Made by a program: the position numbers and the translations under genes
Notes under the pieces: model-generated
Told to the model about the DNA's origin: nothing
Databases searched by the model: none
The model's input: only the letters and a program-made list of their open reading frames with translations
Part shown: in pieces, positions 10,256 through 20,836 of the stretch
Position numbering within the stretch: position 1 is the stretch's first letter
Layout: each line of letters starts with the position of its first letter
Virus record (IMG/VR): IMGVR_UViG_3300020148_000032
Source: a virus
Lineage: Duplodnaviria; Caudoviricetes
Length of the DNA: 64,000 nt
Reading direction: 5' to 3' (one strand)

Positions 10256-10804
10256 TTACAAAGAGAGAAACCTTCTCATCTCTTCTAAATTCTTTGGGGT
10301 TAACCCATTCTTACTCTCGCATTCAACAGCAAGAACGCGAGGGTCTTGAAACACTTCATGAGTTTTAGAATAATAAGAGAGCAAGTTTCTATAACTCTTT
10401 ATGTCATCATCACACCAAATTACTTTATCTTCAATAGAAAGCGAGTCAAGTAATTTTTTCACTCCCTCAATTTTCCACCAATACGTTAAATTTCTAGAGA
10501 CCGTCTCTCGAATCCAATCCCAATCAGACCCAAAACCAAGTTCTGGAGCAAGTATTGAAACAGCGCGATCCTTCCACGTGGTACACCACATTCCTTGCGC
10601 TCTAGATTCAGTTAAAAGCTCTTTCAATTCTTTTACTAGATCTTTCGAATAACACACATCATAGACTCCAGCAAGCGTTGTACGAATCCACGATTCTTTA
10701 TCCCAATGAGAGAGATCCTCGTCTGAATCTGGGAGAGCATTCACAACACCATCAATGTCAAAGAGAATAAAAACTTTACCTTCGCTCAGAGTCATTTTTC
10801 TCAC
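10256..10804 (-). CDS. HAD-superfamily phosphatase (HAD_SAK-like)
   Basis: FDIDGVVN, WCTTW, K, VIWCDDD motifs. Confidence 0.85.
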   Translation of the reverse strand: MRKMTLSEGKVFILFDIDGVVNALPDSDEDLSHWDKESWIRTTLAGVYDVCYSKDLVKELKELLTESRAQGMWCTTWKDRAVSILAPELGFGSDWDWIRETVSRNLTYWWKIEGVKKLLDSLSIEDKVIWCDDDIKSYRNLLSYYSKTHEVFQDPRVLAVECESKNGLTPKNLEEMRRFLSL

Positions 10805-10851
10805 CTTTCAAAAGTTCCTCAAAAAGATTATAACGAGAGTTACTCTCTTAC

Positions 10852-10888
10852 TAGCAAACCGCCACCGCATAATGGTGGCGGTTTGCTA
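10852..10888. terminator. intrinsic terminator-like hairpin
   Basis: tagcaaaccgccacc...ggtggcggtttgcta. Confidence 0.7.
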
Positions 10889-10904
10889 TTCAAACGTTCA
10901 AAAC

Positions 10905-11348
10905 CTATCGCTCAATCACAACCTCGGTGGACTTGTTGATGATGGGGAACCAACTGAACAGACCAACACGATAGCCAGTTGTTTCGAAAGTGTAAGTCTC
11001 CCCAACAGTGATGCTTCCATAAATGTCGGCAGAGTTCGTCACGCCCTCGAACCAGTTATCCTTCACTAAGAGAACACCGCAATTGTCAGTGTAAATCCTC
11101 ATGGAGGACAAACCTCCCGAGTTACTCGTGCGATCCTTGTCAGTCACCACACAGTTCTCAAAAGTGCGGACGGGGGAAACATATTGTCCGATTGAGAAGA
11201 GACCAAAAACAATGACCCCAACAAGACCGATAACAAAGAAAACCCTCCCCGAGCTTACATGCGAACTGCGGGACTTATTCCAAGAGGTCTCAACAGTATT
11301 GAATTTTCCGCGGCTCATTTGTCCAGGGAAGAGATATGCCTTACCCAT
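10905..11348 (-). CDS. membrane-anchored phage-type protein
   Basis: one TM followed by VTDKDRT...YTD.CGV...D....SADIYG...G.TY...TTG.R...FSWFP. Confidence 0.7.
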   Translation of the reverse strand: MGKAYLFPGQMSRGKFNTVETSWNKSRSSHVSSGRVFFVIGLVGVIVFGLFSIGQYVSPVRTFENCVVTDKDRTSNSGGLSSMRIYTDNCGVLLVKDNWFEGVTNSADIYGSITVGETYTFETTGYRVGLFSWFPIINKSTEVVIER

Positions 11349-11378
11349 TGCGTCACTCCTTAATAGTTGTTAATCACT

Positions 11379-11408
11379 ATTATAATTGAAACGAATAAGG
11401 CTTGTCAA
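11379..11408 (-). promoter_or_regulatory. consensus sigma70 promoter
   Basis: TTGACA-18nt-TATAAT upstream of the AAGGAG RBS of 11348. Confidence 0.8.
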
Positions 11409-11723
11409 TATCTCTCTTACTTTAAAAGCCACCCGTAGGTGACCTCTAAAGAATTAGTGTTAAAACTAGCTCTAGTCATTCAGAATGACGATAATGAAAG
11501 CCAACCCAAAGGGCGAAAACTCCACCATCCACACTCTCAATCTGAAGTCACTCAAGACTCATCAAAACTTTTAATAATCTACTTATAGTTTGACAAGTCC
11601 ACCTGAAAGTTACCTTAAAAGGAAACCACAGTTGGCTCGCCACGGGTGAGGTTCTAACAGCATATTAGTACTCCACTGACGCATTATTCGTTCCTCAAAT
11701 TGAACCCGGGCGCGCCCAGTTAA

Positions 11724-12326
11724 TCAACCCTCTTCAATTCGTGATCTGACAGAACGAATACGTGCGCGCAAAGCCTCACGGAGCTCGTCAACAAGGTCCA
11801 AACTAGCATAACCCCACCCGTCAGCCATAACAGTAACAGTTTTATCAGACGAGAACACAATTGCACTAAAAGGAACAAGTGCTCCATTAGACAACTTCAC
11901 GTAATAGTCCTTGAAAATAAGGTCATCATCGCTAGGGTCGGAACCCGAGTTCTCGGACAACCAACTTAATTCGGCAAAGACTTCGAAAGCACTTTTAGGA
12001 GCTTCTTCAATGACATTCGCGCCACTCTCAATTGTCACGACCGAATCAATCATCACTGGGTCCTCACCAAGGTTAAAAGCTCCGTCCCCATTCAAACCAA
12101 CCCACGAACCAACAGCCCAACCAACACCACCCCGACGCTTTAACTCTTCCCACTCTGAATTCGTACCACCCGCAAAAATAAAAACCTGCTTCGCATTCAA
12201 ACCATCAAAAAGAATCGCGGGAGTCAGATTGATCCCACACTGGTCAAAAAAAGCAACCCACTGTAAAGAATCATTCGAGCCCTCGCTCTTATACTTCGCA
12301 AGATTATCAATCATTATGAAACCCAC
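11724..12326 (-). CDS. hypothetical protein
   Basis: 200-aa ORF with G/T-ending codons. Confidence 0.65.
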   Translation of the reverse strand: MGFIMIDNLAKYKSEGSNDSLQWVAFFDQCGINLTPAILFDGLNAKQVFIFAGGTNSEWEELKRRGGVGWAVGSWVGLNGDGAFNLGEDPVMIDSVVTIESGANVIEEAPKSAFEVFAELSWLSENSGSDPSDDDLIFKDYYVKLSNGALVPFSAIVFSSDKTVTVMADGWGYASLDLVDELREALRARIRSVRSRIEEG

Positions 12327-13196
12327 TAACCAATTCTAGAGAATTAATCATCACAAGAACTCTTCGTGAACCCCGCAAGGGTGTCCCCCTTTAAAAAGTT
12401 TCTCGCAACAATACTTCTTACCTATTAAATATTATACATAAAAGAAAGGAGAAGTACAATACTTCTCATCACAAAATTAAAAAGACCAGCCTTTTCAAAT
12501 TGACGATTACTTGCAATCTAAATTGACGACCCAAATACCAATTCCACATTTCAAAAAAAAAGAAAACAACAATGACATTCAGAAACTCCAGAATGTTCAC
12601 ACGCCAGAGGACACGACAAGCAAGTAAGATCACGCTCTCAAACAAAAACGGATTTTCACTAATTACCTAATGACAGTCCACCCCTGCAAACACTATTCAC
12701 AAAAACAACCTAAAGGTTCACGACAACCTCGGAACCATCAGGAAGGGTTACAACCGCCACCTGCGAATCCTTATCAATCACGCGAACAAGCACATTCACC
12801 ACAACAAGACCCACTTTCAAAAAGACTTTGATAAACCTCTGGACTAGCGTCAAGACCCTTCAAAACCCCGCACCGTCAAAAACCGCAGTCTCCCAGGATC
12901 ACAACTAAAGACGAACAACGCATCACGGTTTGACTAAAACACTGTTAGAACAAGAACCACTGTTTCTCATAAACACACTAGGTAATAACAAGCAATGACC
13001 CCTGCTAACAGTTTTCAATAATCAAAACAAGTGACTCTACAACCAACCAATCCTTAAAGTTTTATCAAACCCGAACCCTCACCGAGAGGTTTGACAACCG
13101 CTCCCTCATAAACATTTTTTAAAAGTGGCGCCACCCAGTGGATAAATGGTAAAGCCCCTCAACACGCTAGACTCTTTGAAAATTAAAAACAGTAGT

Positions 13197-13568
13197 CTAA
13201 CCCTCGGGGTACAATATAGAGAACGCTGACTGCTCGGGTAATTCACCGAACAAGTAAATCGCATCAGCATAAAACGCAAGGACATCCGCGTGACAAGGCA
13301 ACGGTGCGCAAAAACACTGGAGTCTTTTACCCTGTAAAGACACCACACTATCCAACAAATCAGAGGTTGCAAGAAAATACTCTTCAAACCTTCGAATCAC
13401 AACCTTTCGAGATTCAAGTTTCTCCTCCCGCGACGAACCAGTCAAAGGGTACGGGTTACCCCACTTTGAACCACGACCAACATACACATCAAACGGTGTC
13501 TTATGAAACTTATTCACAACAAGAGTAGGCGTGAAACCAAGACTGTCCACTTTCAACCCGCTTTCCAT
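13197..13568 (-). CDS. DUF4326 family protein
   Basis: DVYVGRGSKWGNPY and LQGKRLQCFCAPLPCHADVL motifs. Confidence 0.9.
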   Translation of the reverse strand: MESGLKVDSLGFTPTLVVNKFHKTPFDVYVGRGSKWGNPYPLTGSSREEKLESRKVVIRRFEEYFLATSDLLDSVVSLQGKRLQCFCAPLPCHADVLAFYADAIYLFGELPEQSAFSILYPEG

Positions 13569-13999
13569 TCTACAAACCTACCCTCTAGTTAAATGTAGAT
13601 CAAATCACCATGCAATCAAAAACCCTTAAACATTTTACCAACAATCAACATAGCGACAATCATCAAGCACAATCGAGTCAGGAGCGGTAATTCACACAAA
13701 CTTTCACAAACACTTTCACAAACACTTATTCCCTCAGCCTCCCCGCCATCAAAAAATCATTATTCAATTTTTATGCTCGTTCGCTAAAAACAAATAGAAT
13801 CCAAAATCAACACAAAACCCTACGCTCACAACCAACACCACCACACAAACAACACTGAACACGCAGACAACCTTTACCACCACAAAAATAAAAACCCTCA
13901 CAATTACGCTTACCACACTCACACAAACAACCACCAAACATCAAAAAAAATCAACCCAAAAAATAAAAAAAAGAAAAAAAAAAGAAAACAACCCTGACA

Positions 14000-15150
14000 T
14001 GGGGAACACTCCAGCGACAGCTGCCACTAGCCACCCTCCACTTACTCTCACTCTAACCACCAAGTGGTCGCCACCCGATGCCACCACTAACCACCGCTTT
14101 TAGACCCCAACGCTTTTAAAGTCCGCTCGCTTTAACAAGCTTTCACCAACACGACAAGTGCCACCCCATATTCTGAACCCCCAACCCCAATAGGGGCTTT
14201 AACCGGCTTTTACAAGCACCGAGGGTCTCACTCACCCAGGCTCAGGCGGACCGGGGTCCGCCTTCGCCACTGGCCTCCACTATACCAACGAGTAGTTCCA
14301 ATCACTCTACAAGTCACTAGGTGTCACGTCCACGCTTGCTCGAGACGTAGCCCAGTGTTCCAATGACACACTCTACACTGTCAGTCACACCTGCGCACTC
14401 GAGTGCCCCCTTCGGGGTTCATCTCGCACCCAGTTGTTCCTACCAAGTGCTTCACGAGTGTGCCACTTCCACACGACCTACTAGCAGCATGTCCGGACAC
14501 CATCGCTCCTTGAGAGCGCCTTCCACTACTCGAGGTACCGTTCCGGACCAGGACTCCCCGCCAAGGGTCCAGCCACCCCAAGTGGGGTGGCTACCCTCGC
14601 GGTCCGTCAAGCGCCGGACCACCACCTTCACCACTAGGGGTCCATGGCTTCCAACAGCCCTTTACCAAGTTTCCGGAAGGGCCAAGTCTTTACTCCCTTA
14701 CCGCTCTGCCCAAGCACAAGTCTACCGTCACCGCCCCAGGGGAGTGCACCGGCGCGAGGCACGCCGGGAGGCGTGCAGAGTGCCAAGGTGCACACGAGCC
14801 AGAGGGGTGAGGACCGGTCCACAGCGAGCACCGCGAGCGTGTGGAGTTGTCCGGTCCACCACTCGGGCGAGTAAGCCACCAAGGAGTGCCGCGCCACGGG
14901 GACGGGGAGCCACAAGTCGTGGAGCGAGGCGACCGGGTAGCAGCGGTGAACTTTTCAATCAGTTTTAGTAAGTGTTGGAAGTTCACCGGTGCGGACCGGT
15001 TGGCGAGCGTAGCGACCTTGGGGTGGACCGGACCACTAGAGTCACTATGAACGAGTAGCACCAAGTAGTGGTGGTAGGGTGAGTAGTGACTCTATGGCTA
15101 CGAGCGGAGTGAGTAGTCCCGGAACGAACGGTAGTGAGGTCCGCGGGTTT
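14000..15150. other. non-coding GC-rich structured island; candidate replication/transfer origin or large structured RNA
   Basis: much higher GC than flanks, many hairpins, repeated GGACCGG, located at a C/A-rich to G/T-rich strand switch. Confidence 0.55.
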
Positions 15151-15387
15151 GGGTTGTTCTTTGATTAATATAGTAGTATTGTGTTTTTGAGGTTTTTGTT
15201 TTAGTAAACGTATTTTTTGTTGGCTATAAGTGGGACTTAGTTTAGTCCGATATTATTTGTGTTGGGAAACTCTGCTGCTACTGGTATTGGTAGTGTGGGT
15301 AGTGGTGTGTTGAGTTTAGTTTGTAGTATATACTATGTATGTAAGACGCCGTTTCACAGTTGAGGTTTTAGCAAGGTTGGTGTTATT

Positions 15388-18300
15388 GTGAATGATAATC
15401 CGTTGAGTGGTTCTAGTGACTCTAGTGATGTTTCTAAGAAGTTTGTGGTACGTGATCCTTTGAATTCTAGAAAGCCGAACCCTTTGAGTTCTCGTGGTAT
15501 TGAGGGTGATGGTGTTATTGATTCTGAACTTGAGAGCAGTGATCCTCATTTTGTGAGTGATGCTTCTAGAGTGAAGAGGGTTGTTAAACCTTTTGCTCCT
15601 AAGGGTTTTGGAGTTCTTGGTTCGGATGATGGTGGAGTAGAATCAGGTGTTGTTCCTGAGGGTGTTGTTCCGGTTAAGCGTCAGGGTCCTGTTTTTAATT
15701 CTAAGAAGGTTGAGGATTTTGGTAGAAGTCGTGTGGCGAGTGAGACTTCTAATAGTGTTGTTCCAGTTGTTGAAAGTGGTGACTCTGGAGTTGTAATTGG
15801 TGTAGAGGGTGGCGAACTTGTTGTGCCTGTTGTGGAGGGTGATGCGGCTCTTGAGTCTGGAATTGGCATTCCTGAACCTGTTATTCATGATTTTGGTGGA
15901 GAGCCTGTTGGTGTTTTTGCTCTTGATTTTAATTCTGTTGGTGGAGATTCTGTTGCTGAGTTCTCTATTGATGATGTTCTTGGAGAGAGTATTGTTCCTG
16001 TGGTGAATGATTTAGTGACCCTTAGTGATGAGGAGGGTCATCATGTGGATGCTCGAGTATTGAGTGTTGGTGTTGATGGTATTGTGAGTGCTCTTGTTGA
16101 TTTTGATTCTTGGCGTGAGGTACCTTTTGGTTCTTTCGATAGTGATTCAAGTGGCGTGGGTTCTGGCGAGGATGATTTTGGCTCTTTTTATTCGAGTGAT
16201 GGACCTGTTAGTGATGACTTTGTGGATGAGGATCCTGTTGGAGAGGATGAGCAGTATTCTTGGGATGAGGAATCTGATTATGTGAGTGAGGGTGGTATTC
16301 CTGGTAGAGTAACTCCAGAGTTCGAGAGCGAATCTTTGGTTATTGAACCTGTTGTTAGTGATGTTTTAGATTCTAATAGTGATTCTGCTAGTGTGGTGAA
16401 CCCTTTTATAGATAGTGATGATTCTGAACTTTCGGGTGATGATTTGGGAGAGGGTGAGGTTGCTGGAGTTGTTAATGATGAACTTGAGGGTGATTCGTTT
16501 GTTGGTTCTGGTGATGATTCTTTAGTTGGTAGTGGTGATTCTCTTTCTCGTGAGCCTTTTAATCCTTTTGTGGATGATGATGGAGTCGAGTATTCTATTG
16601 ATGTGAGCGGTCTTTCTGGAGGTGACTCTCGTTTTGTTGAGAGAGATGAGGATGATAGTGATGGCGTTTTTGAGGGGTTTGATTCACAGCTTGATCAAGT
16701 GTTGAGTGATGATGAGGATGCTGTTGCGGGTAGAGTTTCGAGTAGTGAGAGTGGTGAGGGTGAGAGCGAAATCATTGTTAGTGATGAACCTGTTGAAGCT
16801 TTTAATCCTTTTGTGGGTGATGATGAGGGTGATTTTGATGAGTCTGGTGACTCTTTTGTTGAGGAAGTTGTTGATTCTCGTGGGCGTGTGAGTGAGCCTG
16901 GTGGGGGAGATAACCCATTTATTGGTAGTGATAGTGATGATTTGCCTTATCGTCCTAGGTTGGTTGATGGTGTTCCTGAGCGTGAGTTGTTGCCAGAGGG
17001 TGCTTTGAACCTTGTGAATAGGGTTCGTGAGACTAGTGTGGAGGATCGTGAGCGTATTCAAGCGGCTCGTGAGAAGGGTTCTTTAACGAAGTCTGGAGTT
17101 TTTGATAGTGATTTTAGTCCTAAGAGGGTGACCGAGGTTGTGGTTGATTCTCGTGGTAGGGGAAAAACTCGAGGTAAGGATCCACTTGTGAGGGGTGAAC
17201 CTGAAGGTGAGGGTTCTGGTGAAGAGTTTGGGTCACCTTCGGATTGGGTTGGAGCTACCCCTGTGAGGGAGCGCCAGCGTTACCAGTGGACTCGTGGTGA
17301 TGGTCGTTTGAATGGTAAAGAGTTAGAGTTTTTTAGGAATTTAGAGTTAAGTAAGTCAGAGTTCCAGCGTCGTGGAGATAGTGCGGTATTGTTGAGGAAG
17401 CCTGCTGGTGGTAATGAGAGTGAGGCTGAGCGTAAGGAGAGGGTGAAGCGCCTTACGAGAGCTATTGGTGGTCGTGAGGCTTTAGAACGTGGTACTCGTT
17501 TTCGTTTTGGGTGGAAGGAACGTGAGGTGTTAGAGTTCCTTGCAATGTTTAGGTATGCTACAGCTAAGCATTTGTCTCGAATGTTTAGTGAGGCAGAGTC
17601 TACCATGTATAAGAGGTTGAAGAAACTTCGTTTGCAGGGTCTTGTTATTGATAAGAAATTGTATGGGGCTCGTCCTATTTGGTTCCTTACTGAGGCTGGT
17701 CTTGTGGTAAGTGGGTTTGATTTACCGAGGGTTATCGAGTCCAAGTTAACTTTTAGTATGTTCCCTCACCAGTTCACGGTGAATAATACTGCGGCTAATT
17801 TGTGGGGAGCTAATGTTGATGTGTTGCATTTAGATAATTTTCCAGAGCGTAATCGTGAGGATGAGAAGGGTAATCCACGGTTTGGTGAGAAACTTGTGAG
17901 TGAGTTAGAGATCCAGTCATCGTTTGGTAAGTTGAAGATGTTTGATAAGAGTGATGTGTATAGACCACAGATTATTGGTCTTATTGAGCGTGAGTTTGCT
18001 GCTTGGGAAGAGGCCGGTGGGGTAGAGTTTGGACCTAGTCCAGAACAAGTGTATGGTAATGAGTACATGTGGGCTTTAATGCCTCCTTATAATGTGAAGT
18101 TGGCTTATCACGTTCCTGATTTAGTGGTAAAGCGTCCTCGTAATAGTGATGGTACTCCTAATAGTATTGCTGTTGAGATTGAGATTAATAATAAACCTAG
18201 TGCTAGTTATGAGAAGACTTTAAGGGCGTACTTGTTGGACTCCAGGTTGTATTCAAAAGTGATTTGGGTGTGTAAGAATGTTGGGCCTGCTCGAAAGCTT

Positions 18301-18408
18301 GAAAAGATTGGTAAAGATTTGGGTATGTTGCAGAGTGGTAAGCTTAATATTGTCCCTGTTCTTACTGAGGATGGTGTGTTTAAGGAGCGTGACTTGTGGA
18401 CTTTATAA
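15388..18408 (+). CDS. Replic_Relax-like protein (wHTH + PD-(D/E)XK) with ~520-aa acidic low-complexity N-terminus
   Basis: VLEFLAMFRYATAKHL...RLKKL...GLV...WFLTEAG...HQF...VPDLVV...IAVEIE...YEKTLRAY. Confidence 0.75.
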   Translation: MNDNPLSGSSDSSDVSKKFVVRDPLNSRKPNPLSSRGIEGDGVIDSELESSDPHFVSDASRVKRVVKPFAPKGFGVLGSDDGGVESGVVPEGVVPVKRQGPVFNSKKVEDFGRSRVASETSNSVVPVVESGDSGVVIGVEGGELVVPVVEGDAALESGIGIPEPVIHDFGGEPVGVFALDFNSVGGDSVAEFSIDDVLGESIVPVVNDLVTLSDEEGHHVDARVLSVGVDGIVSALVDFDSWREVPFGSFDSDSSGVGSGEDDFGSFYSSDGPVSDDFVDEDPVGEDEQYSWDEESDYVSEGGIPGRVTPEFESESLVIEPVVSDVLDSNSDSASVVNPFIDSDDSELSGDDLGEGEVAGVVNDELEGDSFVGSGDDSLVGSGDSLSREPFNPFVDDDGVEYSIDVSGLSGGDSRFVERDEDDSDGVFEGFDSQLDQVLSDDEDAVAGRVSSSESGEGESEIIVSDEPVEAFNPFVGDDEGDFDESGDSFVEEVVDSRGRVSEPGGGDNPFIGSDSDDLPYRPRLVDGVPERELLPEGALNLVNRVRETSVEDRERIQAAREKGSLTKSGVFDSDFSPKRVTEVVVDSRGRGKTRGKDPLVRGEPEGEGSGEEFGSPSDWVGATPVRERQRYQWTRGDGRLNGKELEFFRNLELSKSEFQRRGDSAVLLRKPAGGNESEAERKERVKRLTRAIGGREALERGTRFRFGWKEREVLEFLAMFRYATAKHLSRMFSEAESTMYKRLKKLRLQGLVIDKKLYGARPIWFLTEAGLVVSGFDLPRVIESKLTFSMFPHQFTVNNTAANLWGANVDVLHLDNFPERNREDEKGNPRFGEKLVSELEIQSSFGKLKMFDKSDVYRPQIIGLIEREFAAWEEAGGVEFGPSPEQVYGNEYMWALMPPYNVKLAYHVPDLVVKRPRNSDGTPNSIAVEIEINNKPSASYEKTLRAYLLDSRLYSKVIWVCKNVGPARKLEKIGKDLGMLQSGKLNIVPVLTEDGVFKERDLWTL

Positions 18409-18456
18409 CGCGACTTGATGATATTATGTGTAGTGTTTTTATAGGAATAGTGGGTT

Positions 18457-19872
18457 TTGATCGTGGTTTTTGATAATGATTCTGGAGAACTACCTGATGA
18501 GACTAGTGATAGTTTCTCTTTACCTGATGTTAGTCCAGATGAACTTCCAGAATTTCCAGAATTGCCCGATGCGGAAAATTTAGAGGCTCTTATTCAAGAG
18601 GCAATTGAGGATTCTGAAGTTGAAGATGATTTGTTCTCTAGCAGCCTTGATGATCTTATTAAAATGCGTGATTCTTCAGATAACTCTTATGATGAGAATG
18701 ATTCTTTTGGTGGAGTTTCCGATGAAGTTAAAGAGCCGAGAGAGGTTTTATCGAAGTCTTTTGGTGCTTTTGCTGTTGAGGATGATGAGGATCCGTTACT
18801 TGGGTTTAATATTGATAAGGTTTTAAGTGATGCTATTGACCTTGGAGCTTCTGATGTGCATATTAACCCTAATGATCAAGTGAGTTTTACGATACTTGGT
18901 GACATTTATAGACAACCTGGTTATGTAGAATTGACTGGTAATATTACTCAGAGGTTACAACAAAAGATTATTTCCCATGTTCTTGAGGCTGATTTTGTTG
19001 AAGAATTAGAGTTGGACACGAGTTATGTAATAAAGACTGGCAAGCATCGTGGTCGCCGAATGCGTTTGAGTGTTGGTAAAAGTTTCGGTGAAATCTTCAT
19101 GGTTTTCCGTGTGATTGCTGACAAGGTTCCTACTCCTGAAGAGTTGGGTATCAGTGGAGAATTACTTAGTTGGACAGAGCTACCTAATGGTTTGATAATG
19201 GTGAATGGACCTACTGGTACTGGTAAGAGTACTACGCTTGCTAGCATGTTAAAGAAGATTCAGTTAGAGCGCGCGCAGAAGGTTATTACTATTGAGCGAC
19301 CTATTGAGTTCGTGTTTGGTAATGAGGGTAAGGCTTTAGTAACTCAGCGTGAGGTTGGTAAGGATGCGCGTAGTTTCTCTAATGCTTTGACTAGTGCGAT
19401 GCGTCAGGCGCCGGATATTATTATGGTGGGTGAGGTTCGTAATCGTGTTGAGGTGAATGAGTTGTTAAGGGCTGCTGAGACGGGCCACCTTGCTATTAGT
19501 ACTATGCATACGAATAGTGCTCCAGCGACTATTAATCGTATTAAGTCTTTGTATGAGGGTGATGAGCAATTAAGGATTTTGTCTGGACTTAGTGATGTTG
19601 CTCGTGGTTTTGCTAATCAGGTCTTGTTAAAGACTGTTGATGGTAAGGGTCGCTTTGCTGTTCGTGAGGTTCTTCCAGTAACTCGTGAGATTCAAGATTT
19701 GATACTTAAGGGTGATGTGAGAGGTATTCGTGAGTACCAGATTGACAATAAGATTACTATGGAGCATGAACTTGTGAAGGCTGTTAGAAGCGGTAAAGTT
19801 GATGTTCGTACTGCTCGAGGTCAAAGCGCTTACCCTCATTATTTTGATGAGTTAATGAATTCTCGTTTCTAG
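18457..19872 (+). CDS. pilT: PilT/PilU-like pilus ATPase
   Basis: GASDVH, GPTGTGKSTTL, TIERPIE, SAMRQAPDIIMVGEVR, AAETGHLAISTMHTNSA. Confidence 0.9.
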   Translation: MIVVFDNDSGELPDETSDSFSLPDVSPDELPEFPELPDAENLEALIQEAIEDSEVEDDLFSSSLDDLIKMRDSSDNSYDENDSFGGVSDEVKEPREVLSKSFGAFAVEDDEDPLLGFNIDKVLSDAIDLGASDVHINPNDQVSFTILGDIYRQPGYVELTGNITQRLQQKIISHVLEADFVEELELDTSYVIKTGKHRGRRMRLSVGKSFGEIFMVFRVIADKVPTPEELGISGELLSWTELPNGLIMVNGPTGTGKSTTLASMLKKIQLERAQKVITIERPIEFVFGNEGKALVTQREVGKDARSFSNALTSAMRQAPDIIMVGEVRNRVEVNELLRAAETGHLAISTMHTNSAPATINRIKSLYEGDEQLRILSGLSDVARGFANQVLLKTVDGKGRFAVREVLPVTREIQDLILKGDVRGIREYQIDNKITMEHELVKAVRSGKVDVRTARGQSAYPHYFDELMNSRF

Positions 19873-20056
19873 ACATTGGAGTGTAATGATGAATTTTGAT
19901 GCTTATTATAATGATTCACCTATTTATCGTTGTAAGAAGTGTGGTAAGCGGAATGTTGTTGTCTTTGGTAATCTCCCTACTGACTCGAATTTTAAGTGGA
20001 AAGAGTAACATCTTTTTGAAACTTTTTAGAAAAATCATCTAAATTGGAGTCTTTTT

Positions 20057-20833
20057 ATGCCTAAATACCACATCTCTATAAATGGAGAGCCTGCAGTTTG
20101 TAGAGCTTTTAAGCGACCTTGCCCAGTAGGTGGAGAACATTTTGATACGATGAAAGATGCTAGAGGTTGGCTGGAATCAAAACTTGAGGCACTTACGATC
20201 ACGTCATTATCAAAGAATCTTGATTCTTATCCATTAGTGATGAAGAATGGAGAGCTTGTGAGAACCGGACTTGTCATGTCTAGTAATTTTATTAAAGAGG
20301 TTGCAGAGAAAAGCGATAAGAATGAGAAGTGGTCTGGAACTTGGGAAGAACTAGAAAACCTTGTCATGAAGAATATGGATAATTGGTCTCCAGGTACTGG
20401 TAGTGTGGATGGGGATGTTCGTTTAGTTCATGTTCCTTCTGAAGGTTTTTATACTAATATTGTAGAAATAAATGATGAGAACAAGCATCTTGTTGAAACT
20501 GTTTGGGAAGCTCGAGTTGAGAAGGAAGATCCGGTACCGATTAGAGTGATCATGGGGGATGAATATGCTCCTGCTCATCATGTGGATGTAGTTCTTTATA
20601 GAGCTGATGTTCTTGCTAAGGATGATGATAGATCAAGTATTGCTGAGTGGGAAATTGTGAGTGTTAATTCTAAACCTGAAGAATTTGTACCTATGCACCC
20701 TAATACTATGAAAAGGAATGCTTCTAATTCTGTAGGTGGAACGTTAAGGGAATACTCTAAAGAACAGTGGGAAGAGTCCGAAAAGTATTGGGATTCTCAT
20801 GTATATGTTCGTCTTAAGAAGCAAGAATTTTAA
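20057..20833 (+). CDS. HCCH-module protein #1 with DUF3228-like C-terminal domain
   Basis: N-term YHISINGEPAVCRA..CPVGGEH; WEARVEKEDPV, VDVVLY, WEIVSV, PMHPNTMKRNA..GG, YW motifs. Confidence 0.8.
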   Translation: MPKYHISINGEPAVCRAFKRPCPVGGEHFDTMKDARGWLESKLEALTITSLSKNLDSYPLVMKNGELVRTGLVMSSNFIKEVAEKSDKNEKWSGTWEELENLVMKNMDNWSPGTGSVDGDVRLVHVPSEGFYTNIVEINDENKHLVETVWEARVEKEDPVPIRVIMGDEYAPAHHVDVVLYRADVLAKDDDRSSIAEWEIVSVNSKPEEFVPMHPNTMKRNASNSVGGTLREYSKEQWEESEKYWDSHVYVRLKKQEF

Positions 20834-20836
20834 AGT

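Noticed and set aside
13691-13727. Short tandem repeat (cactttcacaaa, about 2.5 copies) as CRISPR or iterons
   Set aside because: Too short, no spacers, and in low-complexity C/A-rich sequence.
14363-15064. Several overlapping ORFs (up to 201 aa) in the GC-rich island
   Set aside because: Open on both strands because high GC depletes stop codons; R/P/S/T-rich with no motifs or RBS.
14000-15150. tRNA, rRNA or intron identity for the GC island
   Set aside because: No T-loop/cloverleaf, rRNA signature or group II domain V recognised by eye; left unassigned.
15316-18068. Antisense and alternate-frame ORFs within the 1006-aa gene
   Set aside because: Compositional shadows (N/T/I-rich or L/M/V-rich) of a G/T-skewed gene.
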